A stretch of 64,000 nucleotides of DNA, taken from contig CAVUDP010000003.1 of NCBI GenBank assembly GCA_963740315.1, positions 352,001-416,000 on the forward strand. The letters run 5' to 3'. A program made the translations under genes and the position numbers. Below the pieces are notes generated by a model. That model was not told the DNA's origin. It made no database searches and worked only from the letters and a program-made list of their open reading frames with translations. The stretch comes from an uncultured cyanobacterium. GTDB lineage: Bacteria > Cyanobacteriota > Cyanobacteriia > Cyanobacteriales > Nostocaceae. This document shows, in pieces, positions 20,905-32,653 of this stretch (positions within the stretch are counted from its first letter, which is position 1; the number at the start of each line of letters is the position of its first letter).

Positions 20905-21309
20905 ACCCAGCTAGAAATTCTGTTTCTCACGCATTTACAAAGGCTTACTTACTGATATTAAATAATACGTTTTTATTAAACTGATATTAAGCTTAAAAAA
21001 CATCCCTTCTCGTTAATAGTTTCATATTTCATCGACTTATGCACTTAGGTGATGAAATTAATTGACAATTGTTTGGTATATTTGACCGTATAAAAATAGA
21101 TGTTATATTTGTTTTCTTTAGTTCAAAATCAGTAGTGTTTAAAAATACTAATAATCTATAAAATCAGTATTTTTATAGAGAAAACTCCGATATTTTATCA
21201 ATAGGACTTGTATAAATAGTAAAAAAACATCCCATCCATGAGATAGGCGGAAGTGTCAATAAGAACTAGTACTGCTGCGCGTTCGTCAAAAGTCAAAAGT
21301 ATTTACAAT

Positions 21310-22713
21310 TCATTTCCCAATACAAAACTTACTAAAAATTCTATCTAACACAGATTCAGTAACTTCTTCTCCAGTAATTTCTCCTAAAGCGTTGATTGCA
21401 CCGCGTAAATCTATCGTCCAAAAATCAAAAGGTAATTCCTCTTCAATTGTGATTTGTACTTGTTCTAAAGATGTTTTGGCTTGAATTAGTGCAGCGGCTT
21501 GACGTTGATTGATTGCCAAATCCATATCGGAAGCTTCTAGATTACCAATTTGTACCTGTTCTAAAATCGCAGTTTCTAATGCTTCAATTCCTTCGTTTTT
21601 TGCTGCTGCTGTGAAGATTTTAGATTCTATATTTAGAATGTTTTGGATTTTGGATTGGAGTGATTTATTTAATTCTTCTTCAACTAAATCAATTTTATTA
21701 ATTACTAATATTAAAGGACGATGTTTTACCTGTTCGTAAATAATTTCATCATCTTTCGTCCATCCCGTGGTTGCATCGATGGTAAATAATACCAAATCTG
21801 CTGCTTGTGCGGCATTGCGGGAACGTTCGACACCAATCTTTTCTACTCGATCTTCTGTATCGCGGATGCCTGCTGTATCTAATACTTGTACGGGTATGCC
21901 ACCCACAACTAACTGAGATTCAACTACATCGCGGGTGGTTCCCGGTAAATCGGTGACGATCGCGCGATCGCTACGACTCCAAGCGTTTAATAAACTTGAT
22001 TTTCCCACATTCGGACGACCAACAATAGCTACTTTTAAACCCGTGCGTAACAGTTCGCCTTTATCGGCAGTTGTTAATAACAAAGCAATCTCTGCTAAAA
22101 CATTTTTAACATCCGAGATTATTGCTTCAACATCCAAGGGGGGTAAATCTTCCTCAAAATCTATTCTTGCTTCAATTTCTGCGACAATATCCAAACATTT
22201 AGCGCGTAACTGACGGATGGAATCGGCTAATTTTCCTTGCAAACCAGCTAATGCTGTTTGAGCCGCTTGAGGAGATTTTGCACCAACTAGATCGGAAATG
22301 CTCTCTGCTTGAGATAAATCAATTCGTCCGTTCAAAAAGGCTCTTAACGTAAATTCCCCCGGTTGCGCGAGTCTAGCACCGCCTTCCAGACATAATTTCA
22401 ATACCTGCTGCACCGCCATAATTCCCCCATGACAGTGAAATTCTACAACATCTTCGCGGGTGTAGGAACGAGGAGCTTTCATAACTAACAACAGCGCTTC
22501 ATCCACTAATTTTTGCGTTTGCGGATGACGAATATAACCGTACACAATGCGGTGCGATTCCACAACTTGTTTACCCGGTGCGTGGAAAATAGAATCAGCA
22601 ATTTGTAAAGCTTCCGAACCAGAAAGCCGTACAATCCCCACACTACCCTGTTGGGGTACAACAGCAGTGGCGATCGCCGCGATGGTTCCGGTTGTAGCAA
22701 AGGTTTCAGGCAT
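21310..22713 (-). CDS. mnmE: tRNA modification GTPase MnmE (TrmE)
   Basis: [30 protein letters not shown] and C-terminal FCIGK. Confidence 0.97.
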   Translation of the reverse strand: MPETFATTGTIAAIATAVVPQQGSVGIVRLSGSEALQIADSIFHAPGKQVVESHRIVYGYIRHPQTQKLVDEALLLVMKAPRSYTREDVVEFHCHGGIMAVQQVLKLCLEGGARLAQPGEFTLRAFLNGRIDLSQAESISDLVGAKSPQAAQTALAGLQGKLADSIRQLRAKCLDIVAEIEARIDFEEDLPPLDVEAIISDVKNVLAEIALLLTTADKGELLRTGLKVAIVGRPNVGKSSLLNAWSRSDRAIVTDLPGTTRDVVESQLVVGGIPVQVLDTAGIRDTEDRVEKIGVERSRNAAQAADLVLFTIDATTGWTKDDEIIYEQVKHRPLILVINKIDLVEEELNKSLQSKIQNILNIESKIFTAAAKNEGIEALETAILEQVQIGNLEASDMDLAINQRQAAALIQAKTSLEQVQITIEEELPFDFWTIDLRGAINALGEITGEEVTESVLDRIFSKFCIGK

Positions 22714-22715
22714 TG

Positions 22716-22768
22716 GGGATTGGGAGAGATGGGGAGATGGGGAGAGGGGGGAGAGGGGGGAGATGGGG
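22716..22768. repeat. G-rich STRR (GGGAGATG-like)
   Basis: Tandem 7-9-mers upstream of mnmE. Confidence 0.75.
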
Positions 22769-22940
22769 TAGAAATTTTATTTTGTTACTAACTCCTAACT
22801 CCGCTGGTTCTTTACAGACGTAATGTATTACGTCTCTACAACTTAATCTAAAATCTAAAATCCAAAATCGTAATGCGCGTTAATATTTATCCAGAAGCTA
22901 ATATCTGTTTTGTAAAAGTATTAGTAAGAGGGGAGTCACT

Positions 22941-23144
22941 ATGGAAGAACAAAAAATTAATTGCGCTGAAGCCTGCGTTAATGGCTGTGTTTTAGGAGAC
23001 AAATGTCCGAATAAAGAGTATGGGCAACAAGCATCACAGTTTGTTCAAGATACTTCTTTGGATCAAATGCTCGAAATGGCGGAAGTCGCCAGAATGAAAA
23101 AATTGTCGGAGCCGCCTAAATGGGTTATTCCCGATGAAATTTAA
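22941..23144 (+). CDS. Small conserved cyanobacterial Cys-rich protein
   Basis: INCAEACVNGCVLGDKCPN motif with SD GGGGAG upstream. Confidence 0.8.
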   Translation: MEEQKINCAEACVNGCVLGDKCPNKEYGQQASQFVQDTSLDQMLEMAEVARMKKLSEPPKWVIPDEI

Positions 23145-23163
23145 TTAAATTAAGTTTAATTAT

Positions 23164-23187
23164 AGGACAGCCCAAAGTGGCTGTCTT
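23164..23187. terminator. Hairpin between convergent genes
   Basis: GACAGCC-CAAAGT-GGCTGTC. Confidence 0.5.
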
Positions 23188-23220
23188 AATTCCAAAATTT
23201 TCATTTCAAGTTTTTTTCTT

Positions 23221-24015
23221 CTATAAATTATCTATATCTATATTCAACTCTCTTAATTTTGCTGCTAAACGTTCGGCACGTTGGGCTTCTTGGTTTGCTC
23301 GCTGGGTTTCTTGGTTTGCTCGCTGTGTTTCTTGGTTTGCTCGCTGGGCTTCTTGGTTTGCTCGCTGTGTTTCTTGTTGTGCTAATTCTTCAGGAGTTGG
23401 AAGTAGTTCCCCTTCAGGGGTAAAATAACGTAACTGTCCTTGATCAATTCCGAGAAATAAACCTAACTGCTCGCTCCATAACCAACCTTGCTCGTTCGCT
23501 TCTAGTGGCTGATATTCACCATCAACTAAATGAAATCCTTTAAATTCTAAACTTACAGGATCAAACCAGAAATAATCTGGAGTGCGAAAGGTATCTTGAT
23601 AAATTTGTTTTTTTAAATCTCTATCTGTTGCTGCCGTAGAGTTGGAAAGTATTTCTACAATAATATTTGGATACTTACCGTCTTCTTCCCAAACTACCCA
23701 ACTTTTACGCGGTTTGCGTTCGGTTGCTAATACTGCAAAAAAATCTGGGCCACGAAACTTTTCTGACTTCAACTGACGCTTACTGTAGTAAATAGTCAGA
23801 TTTCCAGCAACATAAAAGTCATTGCGGTTTTGCCAAAATAATTCCAGACACTGTATCAGCAGAATCATCTGCTTTAAATGCAAATCGCTTTCCAAAGGTG
23901 GCTCGTCGCTGTATAAATCCCCTGGAGGAAATATTACATCATTTGGGATGTCTAATTCTACCGTTTCTTCTACGGTTTCTAATTCTGCCGTTTTTAATTC
24001 TTTAGCAACAGACAT
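23221..24015 (-). CDS. Uma2 family endonuclease with C-terminal heptad repeats
   Basis: SDEPPLES, GPDFF, PNIIVEILS, and (QRANQE[T/A]) 21-nt repeats at about 23278-23375. Confidence 0.92.
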   Translation of the reverse strand: MSVAKELKTAELETVEETVELDIPNDVIFPPGDLYSDEPPLESDLHLKQMILLIQCLELFWQNRNDFYVAGNLTIYYSKRQLKSEKFRGPDFFAVLATERKPRKSWVVWEEDGKYPNIIVEILSNSTAATDRDLKKQIYQDTFRTPDYFWFDPVSLEFKGFHLVDGEYQPLEANEQGWLWSEQLGLFLGIDQGQLRYFTPEGELLPTPEELAQQETQRANQEAQRANQETQRANQETQRANQEAQRAERLAAKLRELNIDIDNL

Positions 24016-24267
24016 AGTAGCAAGTATTAAAGTGCTATAAGTCTAGCGTAGCGTGAGATAACTTTAATATTGATGCTCACTATCGAAAGGATCTTAATTG
24101 CTTTTTATACTTCAATGAAAACTCTGCGGTTTTTTAATCGGTAATCTTCTGTAATACATTCCTATACTCTGCCAAAGATCAAATATATAAAGAAAAATAC
24201 AATATCTCCCACCAGCTTCAAAACTAAAAGATAGAATAATTGCGTTGTTTGGCAAACTATTAAAATA

Positions 24268-25632
24268 ATGGGAATATCAGCTATAGCCAGAGAAAAATTA
24301 CTGGCTCGTCAAAAACTACCCGATTTCTTCGGTACGGAAGCAGTAAAACCCAGTTACGACGGACTTGGTTTGAGTAATATTGCTTCGTTGGCAATTGAAT
24401 GGCTGGCTCCCGATGCCCCCACTTTGAGTGAAGAAACTGCTTCACCCGCTTTCAACCCGGAATTATTAGCAGCACCTGAAATAACGGAAGCTTGGAAATC
24501 TTGGCAAAACCAAGCATCAATCAATCATGTGGTGTTGTTAATTCTGGATGGTTTCGGTTACGAGCAATTACAAACCCTTGCAGATTCAAAAGATGCACCT
24601 GCGATCGCACAAGCTTGTAATAGTTCGCAAGCTTTTTTTATGCCCGCTACTTCGGTTTATCCTAGTACTACCGTCACGGCTTTAACTTCGGCAGCTACTG
24701 GTTACGCTCCCGCACAACACGGGATGATGGCGACTAATCTTTATATGCGCGAAATTGGCACTATAGTTAATTTTATTGGTTTTCGTCCCCAGGTTGCTGC
24801 TAGTAGAAGTTCTTTTCCCGACACAATATTTAATCCTGAAAATCTGCTTCCCATTCCAAATATATATTTACGCATGGAGAAAGCGGGAATAGATGTAGAA
24901 ATTATCAATTTTGAGCAGTTTAAACAAACAAGTATCAGCAGATTTACTAGCGCTGGTTCGGAAGCTGGAAATAGTAATTTTAAAGGTTATCGTACACCCT
25001 CGGATGCTTTTGCTCAATTGCGCGAAAGTTTGTTAGCAAAAAGCAGTCATCAAAAAAGTTTTACTTATGTATACGTACCTACTATAGATGCAGTTTCTCA
25101 CCGTTACGGTCCCCTGAGTTCTTCTTATAAAGCGGAAGTAGCGACATTAGATTTTGCTTTAAAAAAACAACTTATCGAACCTTTAACAGGTCGTAACGAT
25201 ACCGTTTTGTTACTTACAGCCGACCACGGACAAAGGTATAATCCCTTAGAAAATACACTTTGGTTAGAAGAACATCCTAAGTTAACTCAAAATTTATTTG
25301 CTCCGACAACGGGTGAGTCGCGAGTGAGTTATTTACACGTTAAGCACGATAAACAAGCTGCTGTATCAGATTATATTAAGCAGAATTTTAGCGAAAACTT
25401 TTTTACCATAACCCCATCTGAAGCGATGGAATTAGGATTATTTGGACTTCCAGGTAAACCTTTGAGTATAGAAGCTCAACATAGAATTGGCGATTTACTA
25501 CTTATTTCTCATAAAGACTGGATATGTCGTCAACATATAACTAATGAAGAACGCTATAAAGGACATCTTGGAGTTCATGCAGGATTGAGTAGTGCTGAAA
25601 TGTTGATTCCGTTTCTTGCTTATCGGTTTTAG
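24268..25632 (+). CDS. Alkaline phosphatase superfamily / nucleotide pyrophosphatase-phosphodiesterase
   Basis: LILDG, SVYPSTT, DAVSH, TADHG and GVHAG motifs. Confidence 0.88.
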   Translation: MGISAIAREKLLARQKLPDFFGTEAVKPSYDGLGLSNIASLAIEWLAPDAPTLSEETASPAFNPELLAAPEITEAWKSWQNQASINHVVLLILDGFGYEQLQTLADSKDAPAIAQACNSSQAFFMPATSVYPSTTVTALTSAATGYAPAQHGMMATNLYMREIGTIVNFIGFRPQVAASRSSFPDTIFNPENLLPIPNIYLRMEKAGIDVEIINFEQFKQTSISRFTSAGSEAGNSNFKGYRTPSDAFAQLRESLLAKSSHQKSFTYVYVPTIDAVSHRYGPLSSSYKAEVATLDFALKKQLIEPLTGRNDTVLLLTADHGQRYNPLENTLWLEEHPKLTQNLFAPTTGESRVSYLHVKHDKQAAVSDYIKQNFSENFFTITPSEAMELGLFGLPGKPLSIEAQHRIGDLLLISHKDWICRQHITNEERYKGHLGVHAGLSSAEMLIPFLAYRF

Positions 25633-25967
25633 GTGACTGTTTCTCCTTTTCCGTTAAAAGTAGTCGATGTAAAGTAAATTCTTTGTCCGCGATCGGCAAT
25701 TTATCGCTTTCTTGAACGCTAGCTGTAAATATAAGGACTAAAGTCCTTACTACAAACCAAAGATTAATTGCTTCGTCTTTCTCAGCAGTATTTCGGATAA
25801 ATAAAAATATAGCAATATATCAAGGCTATAAAAACTGAGTTAAACTGGATTATCGTATTCTTGCATTTGCTCCCAAACTTAGATTGTGTAGGGATTGCAA
25901 GCAAGAGTAAAGAATTCTATATCTCCTTCCAAATGGGGGATTTTTGTTTTTGAGGTAGTTAAAATCA

Positions 25968-27362
25968 ATGAATCAAGTTGATTTGGCGTTCGCACCGGCG
26001 TTAAAACAGTCAGAATTAATCCGTCGTAAGGAAGTGTCGCCGCTAGAGTTAGTAGAATTATATTTAGAACGCATTCAACAATTCGATCCGCAGTTGGGAA
26101 GTTATTTTACTGTTGCGGCAGAACAGGCGATCGCTGATGCTAAAAGCAAAACCGAAATGTTGGCACAAGCTGAAGATTTGCCATTATTTTTCGGGGTACC
26201 AATTTCAATTAAAGATTTGAATCCAGTTGCTGGTGTTCCTTGTAGCTACGGTAATGCAGCATTACTTGGTAATGTACCCGATTATGATGATGGTGTCGTA
26301 GTCAAAATTAAACAAGCCGGATTTATTGTATTAGGTAAAACGGCAAGTTCGGAATTAGGTTCATTTCCATACACTGAAGCTACGGGTTTTCCCCCAACTA
26401 GAAATCCTTGGAATTTGGAATATACTTCTGGAGGTTCCAGTGGTGGGGCTGCGTCGGCACTGGCAGCGGGTTTGTGTGCGATCGCTCAAGGCTCTGACGG
26501 TGGCGGTTCGATTCGGGGACCTGCGGCTTGTTGTAATTTGGTTGGTATCAAGCCATCCAGAGGAAGAATTACTCACGCACCAGTTGGCGATCGCCTGAAT
26601 GGAATTGCTACAAATGGACCTATAGGAAGGACTGTAGCCGATGCAGCCGCTTTGTTAGATGCCATGTCTGGCTATGTGACGGGAGATTCCTACTGGTTGC
26701 CAGATCCGGAAAAATCATTTTTAACTGCTAGCGAAGAAAAAGTAGAAAATCTACGTATTGCCTTTTGTACGAGCATTCCTCCTTTAGGAGAAGCAGACGC
26801 TAGCTGTCATCAAGGTGTAATCCAAACAGTTAAATTATTAGAAGAATTTGGTCATCAAGTAGAAGAAAAATGTCCCGACATCAGCGGTTTAATAGAACCA
26901 TTTCAGATAGTTTGGCAAAGCAATGTAGGCGCTTGTGGAGTTCCCGCAGAAATTTTACAACCTTTAAATCGCTGGTTATTATCAAGAAGTTGTTCGGCTG
27001 GTGAATACCTGCGAGCAGTTTACCAGATGCAGATGGTAGCGCGACAAATCGTCATGTTTTTCGACACTATAGACGTGTTAGTTATGCCAGTTTATCTACA
27101 TTCACCCATCCGCATCGGTGAATGGGCTGCATTAAGTCCAGAAGAAATATTTGACAACATAGTTCACTGGATTGCACCTTGTCCAGCAGCCAATGCCACC
27201 GGACAACCTGCAATATCGCTTCCCGTTAGTTTCGACGACAAAGGTTTACCCATAGCAGTACAGCTAATCGGAAAACCCAACGACGAAGCAACTATCATCA
27301 AGCTAGCAGCACAATTAGAAACAGCAAATCCCATGTACAAAAAACGTCCGAACAATTATTAA
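25968..27362 (+). CDS. Amidase-signature family amidase
   Basis: GVPISIKD, SGGSSGG and GSDGGGSIRGPA. Confidence 0.93.
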   Translation: MNQVDLAFAPALKQSELIRRKEVSPLELVELYLERIQQFDPQLGSYFTVAAEQAIADAKSKTEMLAQAEDLPLFFGVPISIKDLNPVAGVPCSYGNAALLGNVPDYDDGVVVKIKQAGFIVLGKTASSELGSFPYTEATGFPPTRNPWNLEYTSGGSSGGAASALAAGLCAIAQGSDGGGSIRGPAACCNLVGIKPSRGRITHAPVGDRLNGIATNGPIGRTVADAAALLDAMSGYVTGDSYWLPDPEKSFLTASEEKVENLRIAFCTSIPPLGEADASCHQGVIQTVKLLEEFGHQVEEKCPDISGLIEPFQIVWQSNVGACGVPAEILQPLNRWLLSRSCSAGEYLRAVYQMQMVARQIVMFFDTIDVLVMPVYLHSPIRIGEWAALSPEEIFDNIVHWIAPCPAANATGQPAISLPVSFDDKGLPIAVQLIGKPNDEATIIKLAAQLETANPMYKKRPNNY

Positions 27363-27404
27363 TAAATAGTTAGGAGTACTTCGACAAGCTCAGTAACCTT
27401 ATTG

Positions 27405-27492
27405 AGTTAGGAGTTAAGAGTTAAGAGTTAAGAGTTAATAATTATCTCCTTGTCCCCTTGTCTCCCCATCTCCCCATCCCCCCATCTCCCCA
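27405..27492. repeat. STRR repeats (GAGTTAA)n and (CCCCATCT)n
   Basis: Tandem short repeats between convergent genes. Confidence 0.75.
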
Positions 27493-28338
27493 TCACCTCT
27501 TACACCGCTTCCCCTTCGGAGTTGCATCAGGATAAAAGGTAATAATTCCGTTATTTTTTCTTACAAAAACTGTGGGGAAAGTTATTCCTGTTTGCTTATC
27601 TAACTGTTGATATATACAAGCACCTTCGGTGTTATTTTGTTGTTTAAATACTTTAGTTACATCTACTAAAAGTTCTTCGGCGTTAGATAAATAACCATAA
27701 CCTTTAATTTCATCTCTTACGGTACGATTGGGCTGTTTTATAACTACACCCATTGTATAAATGACACCTGGAACAACTTCTTGTCTTCCAGGATTTACCG
27801 GGAGTCTTCCAGCAATCTTTTCTTGTTGTAGCTGTAAATATCTGCCGGAAAAATGCAATCCGCCAATATCATTTGCATTGTATATTTCACCACAGAATAT
27901 ATGTTCAAAACCTTTATTTTTAAACCAAATACTGGTTAAATCTTGTAAAAATTCTGACTTACTTTTGCGATCGCGACGCAATTCACCTTGAGTAGCCTGT
28001 TGAATTTTTGTCAATACTTGCGGGTAATCTGATAAAAGCTGTTTAAATTTATTTGGCTGAACTCGCGTACCAATAGCACCGCAAGTTTTAAGTACCGCTT
28101 TATCAAAAGAATTTAGCTTAAGTGCGGGTGGTGTAATATCTAATTTAGCTCCCGATGGATAGTTAACCGGAACCGGGTTATCTTGATTATCGAAAAAAGG
28201 TAAAAGTTCTGTATCTTGCTGCTGAGCATTGGCTGGGTTTAATGCGATCGCAGAAATTAAGACTAAAGTAGTAAATCTGCCGAAAATTAGTTTCATCAGA
28301 AGATCGGTATTTGCTGTGAGATACAAGTGTTCTAACAT
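27493..28338 (-). CDS. Secreted bacterial EndoU-family nuclease
   Basis: GFEHIFCGE...IGGLHF...TFYP EndoU pattern and a signal peptide (…AIALNPANA). The start may be at 28296. Confidence 0.75.
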   Translation of the reverse strand: MLEHLYLTANTDLLMKLIFGRFTTLVLISAIALNPANAQQQDTELLPFFDNQDNPVPVNYPSGAKLDITPPALKLNSFDKAVLKTCGAIGTRVQPNKFKQLLSDYPQVLTKIQQATQGELRRDRKSKSEFLQDLTSIWFKNKGFEHIFCGEIYNANDIGGLHFSGRYLQLQQEKIAGRLPVNPGRQEVVPGVIYTMGVVIKQPNRTVRDEIKGYGYLSNAEELLVDVTKVFKQQNNTEGACIYQQLDKQTGITFPTVFVRKNNGIITFYPDATPKGKRCKR

Positions 28339-28361
28339 ACCCTCCCGAAAAGTTGGTAATT

Positions 28362-28528
28362 AGGTTCGTAGTAAGCGATTTATCGCTCAACAAAACAGAC
28401 ACACGATCCGATTACCCTTTAAGGTTCGTAGTAAGCGATTTATCGCTCAACAAAACAGAAATCACACGATCCGATTACCCTTTAAGGTTCGTAGTAAGCG
28501 ATTTATCGCTCAACAAAACAGAAATCAC
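28362..28528. repeat. Tandem triplication of a 60-63-bp REP-containing unit
   Basis: AGGTTCGTAGTAAGCGATTTATCGCTCAACAAAACAGA starts at 28362, 28422 and 28485. Confidence 0.9.
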
Positions 28529-28629
28529 CAGAATTTCCTTGTATCTACCCTTAGAGCAAACAGAAAATAGCGAATAAACTGAATACATCAATCGACAAAC
28601 AATTGATTTACGTTTAACGCTTTAACAGA

Positions 28630-28848
28630 ATGTTTAAAAAGTCTTCTATTATATTGATACTTTTACTATTTGCGCTATTCGTCGGTATTGGCGATAGTGT
28701 CTTACCGGAACCGATGAAATCTGCTAGCCTAAATACTCGGAAAACAATTAATAAAAATTTAATTGGGCTATTCCCCACTCGCGAATCGAAACTTAAACCT
28801 CACGAAAGAACTAATAAAGCTATAGAAGAAGTTGAACGAGGGAAGTAA
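28630..28848 (+). CDS. Small hypothetical membrane/secreted protein
   Basis: 72-aa ORF with a hydrophobic N-terminus and IGDSVLPEP. Confidence 0.65.
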   Translation: MFKKSSIILILLLFALFVGIGDSVLPEPMKSASLNTRKTINKNLIGLFPTRESKLKPHERTNKAIEEVERGK

Positions 28849-28850
28849 AA

Positions 28851-28931
28851 GTTAGGACCACCGGACCACCGGAGTTAAGAGTTAGGACCACCGGAGTTAA
28901 GAGTTAGGACCACCGGACCACCGGAGTTAGG
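28851..28931. repeat. Mixed STRR (GGACCACC / GAGTTAA / GTTAGGA)
   Basis: Tandem 7-8-mers. Confidence 0.75.
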
Positions 28932-28942
28932 AATTTTATTTT

Positions 28943-29222
28943 TACCATCTCCCCATCTCCCCCTCTCCCCCGCTCGCCGCACGCTCCGCGTGTTCAGCGC
29001 GGCACGACTCGTTAGAGTAACGGGTTGCGCCACTTCTCTCAACGCGGGGAACCCGCGCACGTTTTGGGCTTACCATCTCCCTATCTCCCCCGCTCGCCGC
29101 ACGCTCCGCGTGTTCAGCGCGGCACGACTCGTTAGAGTAACGGGTTGCGCCACTTCTCTCAACGGTCGTGTTCCTCCGCACGTTTTGGGCTTACCATCTC
29201 CCCATCTCCCCCTCTCCCCATC
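28943..29222. repeat. 120-bp GC-rich tandem duplication of nested small dispersed repeats within CCCCATCT STRR
   Basis: 28964-29044 is identical to 29084-29164. Modules are shared with 33975-34085. Confidence 0.88.
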
Positions 29223-29231
29223 TCCAGATAC

Positions 29232-30323
<1,092 letters not shown>

Positions 30324-30376
30324 TTAAAAGAACTCAAGCGATTTTATTGACTAAATTTTAAGTAGGTAAAAACATA

Positions 30377-30407
30377 AACCCAGTATCTCAAAGATACCGG
30401 GTTTTTA
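30377..30407. terminator. Hairpin terminator
   Basis: AAACCCAGTATCT-CAA-AGATACCGGGTTTTT. Confidence 0.55.
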
Positions 30408-30458
30408 TAACTACGTATCACGACTTATATTAATTAGGATTGTAATAGCAAAAAGTTC

Positions 30459-31103
30459 TCAAGCCGAAAAACCGCCCATCACCCATCCAATTGCTAATCC
30501 CATCGCAGCAATTCCGCTTAAACTTACCATTGCGGCATCAAAACTATTTAAGATATTTCTCAACTGTCTTCCGGCTTTATTGTTAGTAACAATTAGGTTA
30601 CAGTACCAAATTAATTGAAAAGCCCATTGACCTAAACCAACTACGGTTAATGTAATTGTAAAAAATAATATAAAAGCTGGAACTACAATTCCGCGTGTTT
30701 TACATACAAATATTAAAACGAATACGAATAATAAAATATTAAAACCTAACAAACCTACAAACAGTGGGTTCAAAGCAGGTAAATTTAAATAACATAAAAC
30801 AGCTGCTAAAAGAAACTGCGAACCAATCAAAACAGATATTAAAACTTTGGTGCTTTTAAAGAAAATATAAATGGTAGCAGCTAATGGATAAATTGCAAAA
30901 TAAATAACTAATAATGGTTTCAATTGGCTTGGCTGTAGAAATATTGGTTCTACCTTAGATACATTAATCATACAGCCATTAAATATAGAAATCATGAAAA
31001 ACGAAATTAGCCAACCCCAATTAGTGACTAAAGGGTATTTCATGAATTTGCGATAATGTTGGTTATTGTTTATTGTATTACTTACAATTCTAAATGGTAA
31101 CAT
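30459..31103 (-). CDS. Hypothetical multi-pass membrane protein
   Basis: AT-rich ORF with about six hydrophobic segments. Start uncertain (possibly 31043). Confidence 0.6.
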   Translation of the reverse strand: MLPFRIVSNTINNNQHYRKFMKYPLVTNWGWLISFFMISIFNGCMINVSKVEPIFLQPSQLKPLLVIYFAIYPLAATIYIFFKSTKVLISVLIGSQFLLAAVLCYLNLPALNPLFVGLLGFNILLFVFVLIFVCKTRGIVVPAFILFFTITLTVVGLGQWAFQLIWYCNLIVTNNKAGRQLRNILNSFDAAMVSLSGIAAMGLAIGWVMGGFSA

Positions 31104-31472
31104 AAGTAGATGTTTTTGCGATATTTACCGTAATCAAATTTACCAGCGAATCAATCAGAAAAATGATGTCTAAAGCACAAATTGTTTTAATTAACCTCTT
31201 GATAAAATTTCCAAAACTTAAGACACTTTTAATATGCAACTCATTTATTTTAAACTTATAATAGTTGAATAATTAATTCGATGTTTTTATCTAAGTTGTT
31301 AGCTAATCAAATGAAACTGTTTCATAATTAATTAAAATAATTAAAATTTCCCATCAAAAAATTAGCGATAAGAAATAGTTAAACTTTTCTTAACTTGATG
31401 ATAATTAAAATTTTTATTTCAACAACTTTAATTCAAATTTAAACAGCTACATACAAATAAAAAAACCTCATG

Positions 31473-32339
31473 TTATGAGGTTTCCTTATCTATTTTTTGT
31501 ACTTCTGCTTCGGATAAATTAAGACTAGTAGCTTTAACTGAATCTTCAATGCTGCTGATTTTGCTAGCGCCGGGAATCGGTAGTATACAAGGCGATTTGG
31601 AACGCAACCACGCTAAAACTATGCAATATACCGATACATTTTTCTCTTCGGCTAATTTGGCGATCGCCGGAATATCTGTTAAATTATCGTGACGACGACG
31701 ACCGCCAAAAGGACTCCAAGGTAAAAAAGTCAAGCCCTCGCGATCGCAATATTCCAGCACTCCATCGGTTTCTGGTTGTCGCTGCCAAGGGCTATATTGA
31801 TTTTGCACTGAAACGATATCAACTACATCCCGTGCTTGTTTAATTTGCTCCACTGAGAAATTAGAAACCCCGATCGCCTTAATCATTCCCGCTTCCTGGG
31901 CTAATGCAGCAGGTGTTAGGGATGCTTCAATAGTGTAATCTGGGTCTGGTGAATGGTATTGCCAGATATCGATCGGTTTATTGCCGCCAAAATCAAAGCT
32001 AACTCGAATAGTTTCTCGTAGATGCTCTGGATTACCGTTACGAACCCAGCTTTGATTGGGGCGCATCAAACCGCCTTTTGTGGCGACAACAATATTACTT
32101 GTATCGCCGTCGTAAGTTTGCAAAGCTTTGTGAATCAACCGCTCGTTATGATGCTTGTCCGATTCATCTTTACAGTAAGAGTCGGCAGTGTCAATAAAGG
32201 TAATGCCCAAATCCAAGGCACGATGAATGACATTTATCGATTGCGATTCTGGAGGGCGATCGTAAACTGACATCGGCATTCCACCCAAACCAATCGCGCT
32301 TACAGATACACCGCTTTTCCCAATCTGTGTCGTTTCCAT
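31473..32339 (-). CDS. Aldo/keto reductase
   Basis: IGLGGM, FIDTADSY, ATKGG, IGVSNF, SVQNQYS and PIPG. Likely start METT. Confidence 0.93.
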   Translation of the reverse strand: METTQIGKSGVSVSAIGLGGMPMSVYDRPPESQSINVIHRALDLGITFIDTADSYCKDESDKHHNERLIHKALQTYDGDTSNIVVATKGGLMRPNQSWVRNGNPEHLRETIRVSFDFGGNKPIDIWQYHSPDPDYTIEASLTPAALAQEAGMIKAIGVSNFSVEQIKQARDVVDIVSVQNQYSPWQRQPETDGVLEYCDREGLTFLPWSPFGGRRRHDNLTDIPAIAKLAEEKNVSVYCIVLAWLRSKSPCILPIPGASKISSIEDSVKATSLNLSEAEVQKIDKETS

Positions 32340-32653
32340 ATTTATAATTAAAATCCCCAGCGCCATTACCGATTTAACAGGTCAAGCAGGGGTTTAGAAA
32401 CCATCCTTTGGCTATAGTTTTACATTTTCGTTACAATAAATTCCCCCTTTAACTTTTTACCTGGGGAAGATGACAAAAAAGACACAATGTCCTGTGCGAT
32501 CGCTTGATGGAGGGGGGTAGGACTATCAGTCCTTGTTACAGATTTTAACTCTAGACAGAGTATTTAAACCACTAGTTTCCGTTGATTTATCTTATAACAT
32601 AATAAGAAACTAACAAATTAATTATAAATCTAATAAGTGTTTACACTGCAATT

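Noticed and set aside
15000..21330. Integrative element or prophage at mnmE
   Set aside because: No integrase, phage genes or duplicated mnmE 3' end (att) was found.
23177..23428. Plus-strand ORF with WASWFAR repeats
   Set aside because: It is the antisense shadow of the Uma2 QRANQE coiled-coil repeats.
28362..28528. Possible CRISPR array (38-bp repeat x3)
   Set aside because: The spacers are essentially identical to each other, the repeat belongs to a dispersed REP family, and no cas genes are present.
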